Shown in pieces: positions 1 through 8,548 of a DNA stretch of 44,899 nt. A model generated the notes under the pieces. That model was not told where the DNA came from, made no database searches, and saw only the letters and a program-made list of their open reading frames with translations. Source of the stretch: Actinomycetota bacterium (GTDB lineage Bacteria; Actinomycetota; Acidimicrobiia; Acidimicrobiales; Acidimicrobilacustridaceae); assembly GCA_009699125.1 (NCBI GenBank), contig WLOT01000001.1, positions 1 through 44,899 of the forward strand. The letters run 5' to 3'. The position numbers and the translations under genes were made by a program. The number at the start of each line of letters is the position of its first letter. Position 1 is the first letter of the stretch.

Positions 1-114
1 CTCGTTGGGCTCGTCGAGTCCCTCATTGAGAAACATTTGGCACGTGGCTACCCCTGGGCTCGCTCTGCCCCGATGACGGTCGATTGTCTCCAAGGGGCTT
101 GGGAATCTCCTTGA
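1..114 (+). CDS. possible 3' end of an upstream gene (partial, unknown product)
   Basis: Frame 1 is open from the window start to TGA at 112-114 (LVGLVESLIEKHLARGYPW...). No recognisable motif; may be non-coding. Confidence 0.2.
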   Translation, partial: LVGLVESLIEKHLARGYPWARSAPMTVDCLQGAWESP

Positions 115-226
115 TCTCGTGGTTCGTCGCGTCTCGACGGCGGCCTGGCCGTCGGGGAATCCCGGGGCTGGGCATGCCGAAATTCGACCGATTTGGGCCC
201 AGCGGGAAGAAAAGGGCGGGATGTAC

Positions 227-291
227 TTGCGAAGTGGGGGGAAGTGGGGCAATATGTCTGCTCGTAGGGGCTCCGTGGGGAGCCGGTGGAG
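227..291 (+). promoter_or_regulatory. dcw/mraZ promoter with MraZ-box (GTGG) direct repeats
   Basis: GAAGTGGGGG/GAAGTGGGGC tandem at 231-250, with further GT(G/A)G units at 264, 275 and 286 (10-11 bp phasing). Candidate -35 TTGCGA (227-232), 17 bp spacer, -10 CAATAT (250-255). MraZ is known to bind ~10-bp-spaced TGGG/GTGG repeats upstream of its own gene. Confidence 0.65.
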
Positions 292-303
292 AGGATTGCA
301 GGC

Positions 304-723
304 ATGTTCGTTGGGACGTTCGAGCATTCGCTCGATGACAAGGGCCGAGTGGTCCTTCCCGCGACCTTCCGCGCCCAGTTGGTCGACAAGGGCTTTATTT
401 CCCAGCTCGACCGCTGTCTCGGCCTCTGGACCGAAGAGGGCTTCGGTGAAATGGCCACCCGTCTCCAGGACAAGGTCCGTTCGGGTGACACCTCTCAGGA
501 ATCGCTCCGTGCCTTCGCCGCCAATGCCCACGAAGTCCGACCCGATTCACAAGGTCGCATCACCATTCCTCAGCGCTTGCGCGATTTCGCCTCGCTCGAC
601 AAGGAAGCCGTCGTCATTGGCGCCTTCGGACGTATCGAGATCTGGAACGCCGGCCGCTGGAACGACCAAGCCTCACTCGCCGACGACAGCCTCACCCAAG
701 CCGTTACGTCCTTGGGGCTCTAG
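304..723 (+). CDS. mraZ: division/cell wall cluster transcriptional regulator MraZ
   Basis: MFVGTFEHSLDDKGRVVLP and DSQGRITIP (two DxxGR SpoVT-AbrB repeats), RIEIW; first gene of the dcw cluster. ATG 304 follows GGAGAGG. Confidence 0.97.
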   Translation: MFVGTFEHSLDDKGRVVLPATFRAQLVDKGFISQLDRCLGLWTEEGFGEMATRLQDKVRSGDTSQESLRAFAANAHEVRPDSQGRITIPQRLRDFASLDKEAVVIGAFGRIEIWNAGRWNDQASLADDSLTQAVTSLGL

Positions 724-780
724 TCCGTGTCATGTCCCCCCTGTCCCTGACCCACCAACGAAAGGACCACTCCTGCGACC

Positions 781-923
781 GAGCCGGTCGCCCGATTTTC
801 AGCTGTCTCTCGGAACACACGATGGAAGGCCCCTACTCCGCCCGCTTCCCATCGAGCCCGACCGGGGAGAAATCCCGGCGGGCGCCGGTGTTCCGAGGGA
901 CTGCTGAGGACCGGTACCGGCTC
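781..923 (+). ncRNA. structured cis-regulatory RNA candidate in the mraZ-rsmH spacer (mraW-motif-like)
   Basis: Nested complementary segments 781-788/916-923, 799-818/888-907, 820-830/844-854 and 856-866/874-883. Contains CUUCCC (845-850). Same genomic position as the actinobacterial mraW RNA motif. Confidence 0.65.
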
Positions 924-956
924 TGCCGACTGGCTCAGCAGCGAGAGGTATCTGTC

Positions 957-1898
957 ATGGCCGAGACCCACGAATCGTTCGATCACCGCCCGGTGATGCT
1001 CGACGAGATCGTGGCGGCCTTCGCATCAGTGCCAGCTGGGTGGGTCATCGACGCCACCCTCGGTGGTGCTGGACATGCGACCGCACTACTTAAAGCGCAC
1101 CCGCACCTTTCTGTGCTTGGTATCGACCAGGACCCCGACGCGCTTTCGGTTGCTCGTGAACGCCTTGCTCCGTTCGGTGATCGCGCTCGAACCGTTCAGG
1201 CTCGATTCGATTCGTTTGCGGCGGTCATCGATGCGGAACTCGCCGATCAACAAGTTGTTGGCGCGCTCTTCGACCTTGGTGTGAGTTCTCCGCAGTTCGA
1301 CCGGGCCGAGCGAGGCTTTAGCTACCGCTTCGATGCGCCCCTCGACATGCGCATGGATCCGTCTCGTGCGCTCAGCGCGATGACCGTTGTTAACGAGTAT
1401 GACGAAAAAGATCTTGCTCGCGTGCTTCGCGAGTTCGGCGATGAACGTTTCGCCGGTCGTATCGCTCGAGCGATCATCGCTGCTCGACCAGTTGAGACCA
1501 CAACGCAACTCGCAGAGATCACTCGCGACGCGATTCCTGCACCTGCCCGCCGAACGGGTGGCCATCCGGCCAAGCGAACCTTTCAGGCGATTCGTATTGA
1601 AGTGAACAACGAGCTCGTTGTGCTTCCCGTTGCGCTTGAAGCGGCGATTGATGCGTTGAGTCCTGCAGGCCGTTTGGTGGTTTTGTCGTATCACTCGGGT
1701 GAAGATCGCATCGTCAAGCAGGTCATGCGTGATGCCGAATCCGGCGGCTGTACGTGCCCCACGAATCTGCCATGCGTTTGTGGCGCCGAGTCGACGGTTC
1801 GGCTTGTTCGTCGCGGCGGAACCACACCGAGCGCATCCGAACGTGAGAGCAACCCTCGTGCCGAAAGCGCCCGTCTTCGAATCGCGGAACGTTCATGA
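957..1898 (+). CDS. rsmH: 16S rRNA m4C1402 methyltransferase RsmH (MraW)
   Basis: HRPVMLDE, DATLGGAGH, DLGVSSPQFD, RGFSY, PLDMRM, FQAIRIEVNNEL, SYHSGEDR and NPRAESARLR motifs. ATG 957 follows GAGAGG. Confidence 0.97.
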   Translation: MAETHESFDHRPVMLDEIVAAFASVPAGWVIDATLGGAGHATALLKAHPHLSVLGIDQDPDALSVARERLAPFGDRARTVQARFDSFAAVIDAELADQQVVGALFDLGVSSPQFDRAERGFSYRFDAPLDMRMDPSRALSAMTVVNEYDEKDLARVLREFGDERFAGRIARAIIAARPVETTTQLAEITRDAIPAPARRTGGHPAKRTFQAIRIEVNNELVVLPVALEAAIDALSPAGRLVVLSYHSGEDRIVKQVMRDAESGGCTCPTNLPCVCGAESTVRLVRRGGTTPSASERESNPRAESARLRIAERS

Positions 1899-2419
1899 CC
1901 AGCGCAAGAGTTGCCGCGGAAGGTCGTCGCTCCGCTGCTCTGCGCGCGCCGCAGGAGTCGACGCTTGAGGGGCTTCGGTCCCGACTCCGCCTTGTCGATC
2001 GCACGGCACCTGAACGTCGCCGCATCGGCTTGATTGCGGGCGTGGTCGGCGTCGTCGTCGTTCTTTTCGCAATTGCAGCCGCGCAGACCTTGATCATTTC
2101 GGAACAGGCGCACATTGATCGCGTCAACAATCGCATTTCGCAAGCAGAATCTCGTGCGGAGCAACTTCGCGTCGAGCTTGCCCAATTGCAGAGTCCGCAG
2201 AACATCACGACAGCAGCGACAACGAAACTCGGAATGATTCCGTCGCCGACGCCGGTCTACCTGCAGCCGAAGTCGACTGATGACGCACGTGCGGGAGAAA
2301 CGCCACCGGCACCCGCACCGAAGACTGTTCCCAAGTCCACAGCGACAACCGTTGCCCCGAAGACGACACCGTCCACGGCCGCAAAGGCAACGACCCCGAC
2401 GACTCTGGCGAAGCGATGA
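1895..2419 (+). CDS. ftsL: cell division protein FtsL-like (single TM, coiled coil, Thr/Pro/Lys-rich tail)
   Basis: Lies between rsmH and ftsI with ATGA overlaps. One TM helix followed by a heptad region ending QLQSPQNITTAATTKLGM. Confidence 0.75.
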   Translation: MTSARVAAEGRRSAALRAPQESTLEGLRSRLRLVDRTAPERRRIGLIAGVVGVVVVLFAIAAAQTLIISEQAHIDRVNNRISQAESRAEQLRVELAQLQSPQNITTAATTKLGMIPSPTPVYLQPKSTDDARAGETPPAPAPKTVPKSTATTVAPKTTPSTAAKATTPTTLAKR

Positions 2420-4713
2420 ATCCGCCTCCCGGTCCAGGATCTCCATCAGTTGACCATCCGCCGAAGAGCGCTCCGTGGAACTCGCCTGATTATTTGCCGC
2501 GTGGTCGCCGTCGTGTGACCACACCGACGCGTCCAGCCCGGCACGCGACAGGACGCGGCACCACCGCTCCGCGCACATCGCGCCCGCCACGCGAGGTGCG
2601 TCCGGTCGAGCGTGTGCAGCGACGGGAGCGGGGGACAGAGCGCACTCCGGTCGCCTCCTCGGGTTACGCCACCCGTCAACCATCGATGCACGGATCGCGT
2701 CCAGCCTCAGAACTCATCCAAATTGCAATGGCTTCGACGACTGCGTCTGTGATCTCCTCGCTTCAGGGAGTCTTCGACCCCGCGAGCTCGGGCAAAGGCT
2801 CAAAGCCCGTCATGGTGCGAACGTCGGTCGGAAATCAACGTCGTAGGTCGCTACTCGTTCTGTTGGGCATGGTTGTGCTCTTCGCCATCGCGCTGACGCA
2901 ACTCCTTAACCTGCAGTTCTTCGGTCGAGATCGCTACGTTGCCTACGGAGCAAGCCAGCGAACGAATACCCAAGTACTTGCTGCCGATCGCGGTGCGATA
3001 CTCGACCGCAACGGCGCCGAACTTGTGATTTCGCGTCCCGGCCGTTCGATCTTCGTCGATCCGAAACTTGTCACCGACGCTTCTGCTGAAGCAGCGAAAC
3101 TCGCTCCAATTCTTGGGCTTGATCCGCTGTTTGTTGAATCGAAAATGAATGGCAGCGGCCGCTTCGCTTATCTCTCGCGACGCGTGACGGCTGAAGTTGC
3201 CGACCAGGTGGAAGCTCTTGGACTTGCTGGTGTCGCGTTCCTTGAAGAAAGCGAACGCTTTGCGCCCGCAGGCGACTCGGCTCGGTCGCTTCTCGGGAGC
3301 GTTGATGTCGACAACGCGGGAATTTCCGGGTTGGAATCCCAATATGGCACAGCCCTTACCGGAACTCCGGGGAGTATCTCCCTTGAGCGCAGCCCAAAGG
3401 GGCACACGATTGCCGTCGGCGATCATTCTCTTACTCCTGCGCAAAAAGGTGACGACCTGAAGCTGACTATCGATCAGTCGATTCAGTTTGAAGCAGAGCG
3501 TTTGCTTGGTGAACAGGTGAAGGCAACCGGGGCAAAGGGCGGGGTCGCAATTGTCAGTAGGCCCGGTACCGGTGAAGTTCTGGCAATTGCTGACATGGTG
3601 CTCGATCCCGAAACAGGGCTTGTTCGTGTGAGCTCAAATAACACCGCTCTGACGACGCAGTACGAGCCGGGTTCGGTGATGAAAGTCGTGACGATCGCTG
3701 GCGCACTTGAAGCTGGTCAGATCAGTCCGACGACCCAATTCAATCTCCCCCCGACGCTCAAGATCTATGACGCCGAATTTGGTGAAGCGGAAGGTCGCGG
3801 CACCGTCACGTGGGACACCACCCAAATCCTCACGCATTCGTCGAACATTGGGACGATCAAGATCGGCCAAGGATTAGGCAAAGACGCGTTGTACTCAACG
3901 CAAAAGGCGTTCGGCCTTGGCGTCAAGACGGCACTCGACTTCCCAAATGAAACGTCTGGTTCGGTGCTCACTCCGTCGAAATACTCCGGCACGTCGCTTC
4001 CGTCGATCGCAATTGGTCAGGGCATCTCGGTGACGCCAATGCAGCTGCTTTTCGCTTACAACACGATTGCAAACCAGGGCATGTACGTCGCTCCGAAACT
4101 TGTCGACTCGACCATTGATGCTCAGGGCGTTGAACATCCTACTGCGGCGGGCGATTCGCATCGGGCAGTGAGTGCAGCTACTGCGGACAAGCTGAACATC
4201 ATGATGCGAAACGTGGTGAACGAAGGCACCGGCCAGCACGCTGCGATCAACGGTTACTCGGTGGCTGGTAAGACGGGTACTGCTCGCAAGCCACAGCCTG
4301 GTGGCGGTTACACCGACAAGATGGGCGTCACTCGGTATCAGTCAACTTTTGTTGGATTTGTGCCAGCCCAGCAGCCGGCACTTTCGGTCTACGTCATGCT
4401 GGATGAACCGGGCGGCGATTACACGGGTGGAGCAACTGCTGCTCCTGTGTTCTCGAAACTTGGATCGTTTGCACTCAATCGTCTCGGTATCGCCCCCGCT
4501 GCTACCGACATCTCGCTTGGTGGTGCGCCGGTCTCGGCAGTGCTTGGTCTCCCGAGTCCGTCGACACAGGCAACTGTGACGGAAGGCGACCGTGTTCGAG
4601 CGCTGACCGCTGGTTCGCCGGAAGCAATTGCATTGTCGATACCGACCACGATTGCACCACCTGCATCGACAACAACAACGACCGCGGCGCGCAGAACCGC
4701 AGCGGTGAGGTAA
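2416..4713 (+). CDS. ftsI: class B penicillin-binding protein (septal transpeptidase FtsI/PBP3)
   Basis: RGAILDRNG, GLESQY, LTID, EPGSVMK (SxxK), SSN and KTGTA motifs; TM helix at about aa 146-166. Start is uncertain because of the long N-terminal extension. Confidence 0.93.
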   Translation: MNPPPGPGSPSVDHPPKSAPWNSPDYLPRGRRRVTTPTRPARHATGRGTTAPRTSRPPREVRPVERVQRRERGTERTPVASSGYATRQPSMHGSRPASELIQIAMASTTASVISSLQGVFDPASSGKGSKPVMVRTSVGNQRRRSLLVLLGMVVLFAIALTQLLNLQFFGRDRYVAYGASQRTNTQVLAADRGAILDRNGAELVISRPGRSIFVDPKLVTDASAEAAKLAPILGLDPLFVESKMNGSGRFAYLSRRVTAEVADQVEALGLAGVAFLEESERFAPAGDSARSLLGSVDVDNAGISGLESQYGTALTGTPGSISLERSPKGHTIAVGDHSLTPAQKGDDLKLTIDQSIQFEAERLLGEQVKATGAKGGVAIVSRPGTGEVLAIADMVLDPETGLVRVSSNNTALTTQYEPGSVMKVVTIAGALEAGQISPTTQFNLPPTLKIYDAEFGEAEGRGTVTWDTTQILTHSSNIGTIKIGQGLGKDALYSTQKAFGLGVKTALDFPNETSGSVLTPSKYSGTSLPSIAIGQGISVTPMQLLFAYNTIANQGMYVAPKLVDSTIDAQGVEHPTAAGDSHRAVSAATADKLNIMMRNVVNEGTGQHAAINGYSVAGKTGTARKPQPGGGYTDKMGVTRYQSTFVGFVPAQQPALSVYVMLDEPGGDYTGGATAAPVFSKLGSFALNRLGIAPAATDISLGGAPVSAVLGLPSPSTQATVTEGDRVRALTAGSPEAIALSIPTTIAPPASTTTTTAARRTAAVR

Positions 4714-4716
4714 CAC

Positions 4717-6150
4717 GTGCGACTGGCGACGATCGTTGCCGAATTGAATGACGTTGAAGTGGTGGGCCTCAGCGGCTCTCCAGCAGTTGCTGATCTCGAA
4801 ATCACCGATGTGAATTTCGATTCCCGCCGTGTCGGTGCTGGCTCGCTCTTCTGCTGTGTCCGTGGCGTGACTGATGACGGACATCTGCACGCTGCAGAGG
4901 CTGTTGAAGCTGGAGCAGTCGCATTGCTCGTAGAACAGCGGGTTGAAGCTGACGTTCCTCAACTTGTGGTCTCGAACGTTCGGGAAGCAATGGCGAAAGC
5001 GTCGGCAACGTGTTTTGGGAATCCCGCCGACGACCTCATCGTTGTCGGCGTGACCGGCACGAATGGGAAGACCACGACAACGTGGATGCTTCGAAATATC
5101 TTCGCTGCTGCTGATCGCAACGTCGAGGTACTTGGCACGCTTTCAGGTGCACGTACGACTCCCGAGTCTCCTGATCTCCAGCGCCGCCTTGCTGAATGGC
5201 GTGATGACGGTGTTGAGGTTGTCGCAATGGAAGTTTCTTCGCATGCGATTGACCAGCATCGCGTTGATGCGATGAAGTTTCGCGTTGCGATGTTCACGAA
5301 CTTAAGTCGCGATCACTTGGACTATCACGGGTCGATGGAGGAGTACTTCGAAACCAAGGCTCGTCTGTTTGGTCCCGAACGATGTGAATCAGCAGTCGTG
5401 AATCTCGACAGTCCTCATGGCCGACTTCTTGCCGATGCAGCGACAGTTCCGACAGACGGATACTCGCTTGATGAAGTCGACGACTTGCACCTCTCGGTTG
5501 CTGGCTCAACCTTTCTGTGGTCTGGGCATCGGGTTTCTCTCACTCTCGGCGGTCTGTTCAACGTGAGTAATGCACTAGGGGCTGCTCACGTTGCCCGAGC
5601 ACTCGGTATTGACGACGCAACGATTGCCCAAGGGCTTTCGCTTCCGCTCATTGTTGAAGGCAGATTCGAGAGCGTCGATGCTGGGCAGCCATTTGCTGTC
5701 ATCGTCGACTATGCCCATACGCCTGATGGCCTCGAACAACTTCTCATCGCTGCTGGCGACCTCGTTGAGGGGCGAGTCATCGTCGTTTTCGGGTGTGGCG
5801 GCGACCGGGATCAGTCCAAGCGCTCGATGATGGGCGAAACCGCAGTGCTTCGTGCCGACACTGTCATCATTACTGCAGATAACTCACGGTCTGAATCAAC
5901 TGATCAGATCATTGCTTCGATTCTGGAAGGTGTGCAGCGGGTGCAGGGTCCTCGAGCAAGCGCAGTCACCGTTGAGCCCGATCGACGCGCTGCAATTTCC
6001 GCCGCACTCCAGAGCGCAGTGGCTGGCGACATTGTTCTTTTGGCGGGGAAGGGCCACGAAACCGTGCAGATCATCGGCGAGACGACGATTCCCTTCGACG
6101 ATCGAGCAGTTGCGCGTGAGGTTTGGAAGCAACTGGAGGCCACTCGATGA
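4717..6150 (+). CDS. murE: UDP-MurNAc-L-Ala-D-Glu:diamino acid ligase MurE
   Basis: DSRRV, GVTGTNGKTT, TTPE, MEVSSH, TNLSRDHLDYH, DYAHTPD, FGCGGDRD, DNSR and AGKGHE motifs. Confidence 0.96.
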   Translation: MRLATIVAELNDVEVVGLSGSPAVADLEITDVNFDSRRVGAGSLFCCVRGVTDDGHLHAAEAVEAGAVALLVEQRVEADVPQLVVSNVREAMAKASATCFGNPADDLIVVGVTGTNGKTTTTWMLRNIFAAADRNVEVLGTLSGARTTPESPDLQRRLAEWRDDGVEVVAMEVSSHAIDQHRVDAMKFRVAMFTNLSRDHLDYHGSMEEYFETKARLFGPERCESAVVNLDSPHGRLLADAATVPTDGYSLDEVDDLHLSVAGSTFLWSGHRVSLTLGGLFNVSNALGAAHVARALGIDDATIAQGLSLPLIVEGRFESVDAGQPFAVIVDYAHTPDGLEQLLIAAGDLVEGRVIVVFGCGGDRDQSKRSMMGETAVLRADTVIITADNSRSESTDQIIASILEGVQRVQGPRASAVTVEPDRRAAISAALQSAVAGDIVLLAGKGHETVQIIGETTIPFDDRAVAREVWKQLEATR

Positions 6151-7181
6151 TTCGTCTCCTGATTGCTGCTGCGATTGCTCTCGGCCTTTCGTTATTCGGA
6201 ACGCGTCTTTTGATCTCTTGGCTTGAGCATCGACGTATCGGCCAGCCCATTCGCGAAGATGGGCCGCAGGGTCACATCACCAAAGCAGGTACTCCCACCA
6301 TGGGTGGCCTGGCGTTCGTAGCGGCAGCCGCTGTGGGCTGGTTCGTGAGCGATCTCAGTGGCGCCGTATTCACTCGACGGGGACTGTTGTGTATGGCGGC
6401 CATCATTGGCGCCGGACTTGTGGGCCTTCTCGATGACTCCATAAAGGTGTTCCGTGAGCGCAACCTTGGTCTGACCAAGCGAGCAAAGACGTTTGGTCTT
6501 CTCGTCGTTGCCGTGGCCTTCGCCGTTTCGATGCTGGCGTTCACCAATGTCACAACCTCGCTGTCGTTCACCCGTTTCGATTTTCCTGGAATCGAAATCG
6601 GAAGAATCGGTTGGGTAGTGCTGGCGGTTGTCATCTTTTATGCCACGACAAATGCTGTGAACCTCACCGATGGCCTCGATGGACTCGCTGCTGGTGCCTC
6701 AATCTTCGGGTTTGCGGCGTACACAGTGATTGCGTTCTGGGGTTTCCGTCATAACTCCATCTATGGCGATGAAAGCTTCCTCGATACTGCGGTTGTTTCG
6801 GCATCGATGATGGCGGCTGTTGCTGGCTTCTTGTGGTGGAACGCGGCTCCGGCTCGAATCTTCATGGGCGATACCGGGGCACTTGCGATTGGTGCAGGGT
6901 TAGCGGCTCTTTCGCTCAGCACCAACACGATTCTCCTCCTGCCCATCATCGGCGGACTCTTCGTTATGGAAACGGTCTCGGTCATGCTTCAGGTAGGCAG
7001 CTACCGGGCGTTTGGTCGACGGATCTTCCGAATGGCGCCGCTCCATCACCACTTCGAACTGGCGGGATGGCCCGAGACCACCGTCATTATTCGGCTTTGG
7101 ATCGTGGCCGGCCTCTTCACCGCAGTTGCCCTCGGTCTCTACTACGCCGACTTCGTGCGATTGCCTGGGGTCATCGACTGA
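6147..7181 (+). CDS. mraY: phospho-MurNAc-pentapeptide transferase MraY
   Basis: KAGTPTMGG, GLLDD, NAVNLTDGLDGLA, IFMGDTG and FRMAPLHHHFE motifs. ATG 6147 overlaps the murE stop (ATGA) after GGAGG. Confidence 0.97.
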   Translation: MIRLLIAAAIALGLSLFGTRLLISWLEHRRIGQPIREDGPQGHITKAGTPTMGGLAFVAAAAVGWFVSDLSGAVFTRRGLLCMAAIIGAGLVGLLDDSIKVFRERNLGLTKRAKTFGLLVVAVAFAVSMLAFTNVTTSLSFTRFDFPGIEIGRIGWVVLAVVIFYATTNAVNLTDGLDGLAAGASIFGFAAYTVIAFWGFRHNSIYGDESFLDTAVVSASMMAAVAGFLWWNAAPARIFMGDTGALAIGAGLAALSLSTNTILLLPIIGGLFVMETVSVMLQVGSYRAFGRRIFRMAPLHHHFELAGWPETTVIIRLWIVAGLFTAVALGLYYADFVRLPGVID

Positions 7182-8548
7182 TGGACGCGCCGACGCGCGG
7201 CCCATTGAGGTCGGCGCTCGTTTTCGGATTTGGTATCACCGGTCGTGCAGTTGCGACTGCGCTCGCCTCGCGAGGCATCGCGGTTGTGGCGGTTGACGAG
7301 CATCCCACCGACGCGATTCGCGCTGAGGCAGCATCAATGGGAGTGGAACTCGTCGAATCACCTTCGCCGCAGGATCTGACGCGCCTTGTCTCAGGGTGCG
7401 ATCTTGTCGTTCCCAGCCCCGGAATTCCCGAATCCCATCCCGTCTTCGCGCTTGCTCAAGCGGCCGGAGTCGTGATCGAGTCAGAGTTCGATCTTGCCGA
7501 TCGATGGGATTCGAGGCCGATCGTTGCGATCACAGGCACAGACGGAAAAACCACGGTGACCACGATGGTCACCGCGATGCTTCTCGCCTCCGGAGTACGG
7601 GCGATCGCGTGTGGCAATACTGAAACGCCTCTTGTTGAGGCCATCGCCGATCCCGATACTGAGGTCTTCGTCGTTGAAGCGTCCTCATTTCGATTGGCAA
7701 CGACGCGTTGGTTTCAGCCCTCGGTTGCGGTGTGGCTGAACTTCGCGCCTGACCATCTGGATGCTCACGTTTCTCTTGCTTCGTATGAATCCGCCAAAGC
7801 GTCGATTTGGGAAAACCTCAATGCTGCTACCGGCGTGGCGGTCGCGTCAGCGACTGACCCAGTTGTACTTGCGAACCGGAACCCCGAGCTTTCAACGGTC
7901 ACATTCGGTGGAGCCGGAACCGACGCCGACGCAACGGTGAGTAACGGTTTCCTTTGTTTGCCCGATGGCACCCAACTCGTTGCGATCGAAGAACTCCCTC
8001 GTTCCTTTCCCCATGACATCACGAATGCGCTTGCGGCATCGGTTGCAGCATCGGCCGCCGGTGCAACGGTCGAGGGCATTCGCCACACGCTTCGATCATT
8101 CAAGGGACTCCATCACCGAGTCGAATATGTGGGCGAAGTCAACGGCGTGCATTGGTACGACGATTCAAAGGCAACGACACCGCACGCGGTCGAAACAGCG
8201 TTGCAGGCTTTCGACTCGGTCGTGCTTCTTGCGGGCGGACGCAACAAAGGTCTCGACCTGAGTGTGCTCGGTGCGCACGTGCCGCCAGTGCGAGCGGTTG
8301 TTGCAATTGGTGAAGCCGCCGTTGAAGTGAGTAATGCATTTCAAGGGCGTTGCGAGGTTCGTCTCGTGGAAACTTCAATCACTGATGCAGTTGCTGCTGC
8401 TTCGGAACTTTCTCAAGTCGGAGATGTCGTCCTTCTGTCTCCCGGGTGCGCATCGTTCGATTGGTTCACTTCGTACGGAGAACGTGGCGATCGTTTTGCC
8501 GCAGCAGTTCGTGCTCTGCCGGGGTTCGTGGCGGAGGCGGTGCGATGA
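7181..8548 (+). CDS. murD: UDP-MurNAc-L-Ala:D-Glu ligase MurD
   Basis: SPGIP, AITGTDGKTT, EASSFRL, DHLDAH, HRVE, DDSKAT, GGRNKG and LLSPGCASFD motifs. TGATG coupling to mraY. Confidence 0.95.
   Translation: MDAPTRGPLRSALVFGFGITGRAVATALASRGIAVVAVDEHPTDAIRAEAASMGVELVESPSPQDLTRLVSGCDLVVPSPGIPESHPVFALAQAAGVVIESEFDLADRWDSRPIVAITGTDGKTTVTTMVTAMLLASGVRAIACGNTETPLVEAIADPDTEVFVVEASSFRLATTRWFQPSVAVWLNFAPDHLDAHVSLASYESAKASIWENLNAATGVAVASATDPVVLANRNPELSTVTFGGAGTDADATVSNGFLCLPDGTQLVAIEELPRSFPHDITNALAASVAASAAGATVEGIRHTLRSFKGLHHRVEYVGEVNGVHWYDDSKATTPHAVETALQAFDSVVLLAGGRNKGLDLSVLGAHVPPVRAVVAIGEAAVEVSNAFQGRCEVRLVETSITDAVAAASELSQVGDVVLLSPGCASFDWFTSYGERGDRFAAAVRALPGFVAEAVR

Noticed and set aside
264-836. 8-nt complementarity between the mraZ leader (GTAGGGGC, 264-271) and the P3 loop region (GCCCCTAC, 829-836)
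   Set aside because: Too short to distinguish from chance in GC-rich DNA without covariation data.
732-956. 75-codon in-frame N-terminal extension of RsmH in the ORF track
   Set aside because: No RBS at 732, no RsmH-like sequence before the HRPV motif, a good RBS at 957, and the region is better explained as structured RNA.
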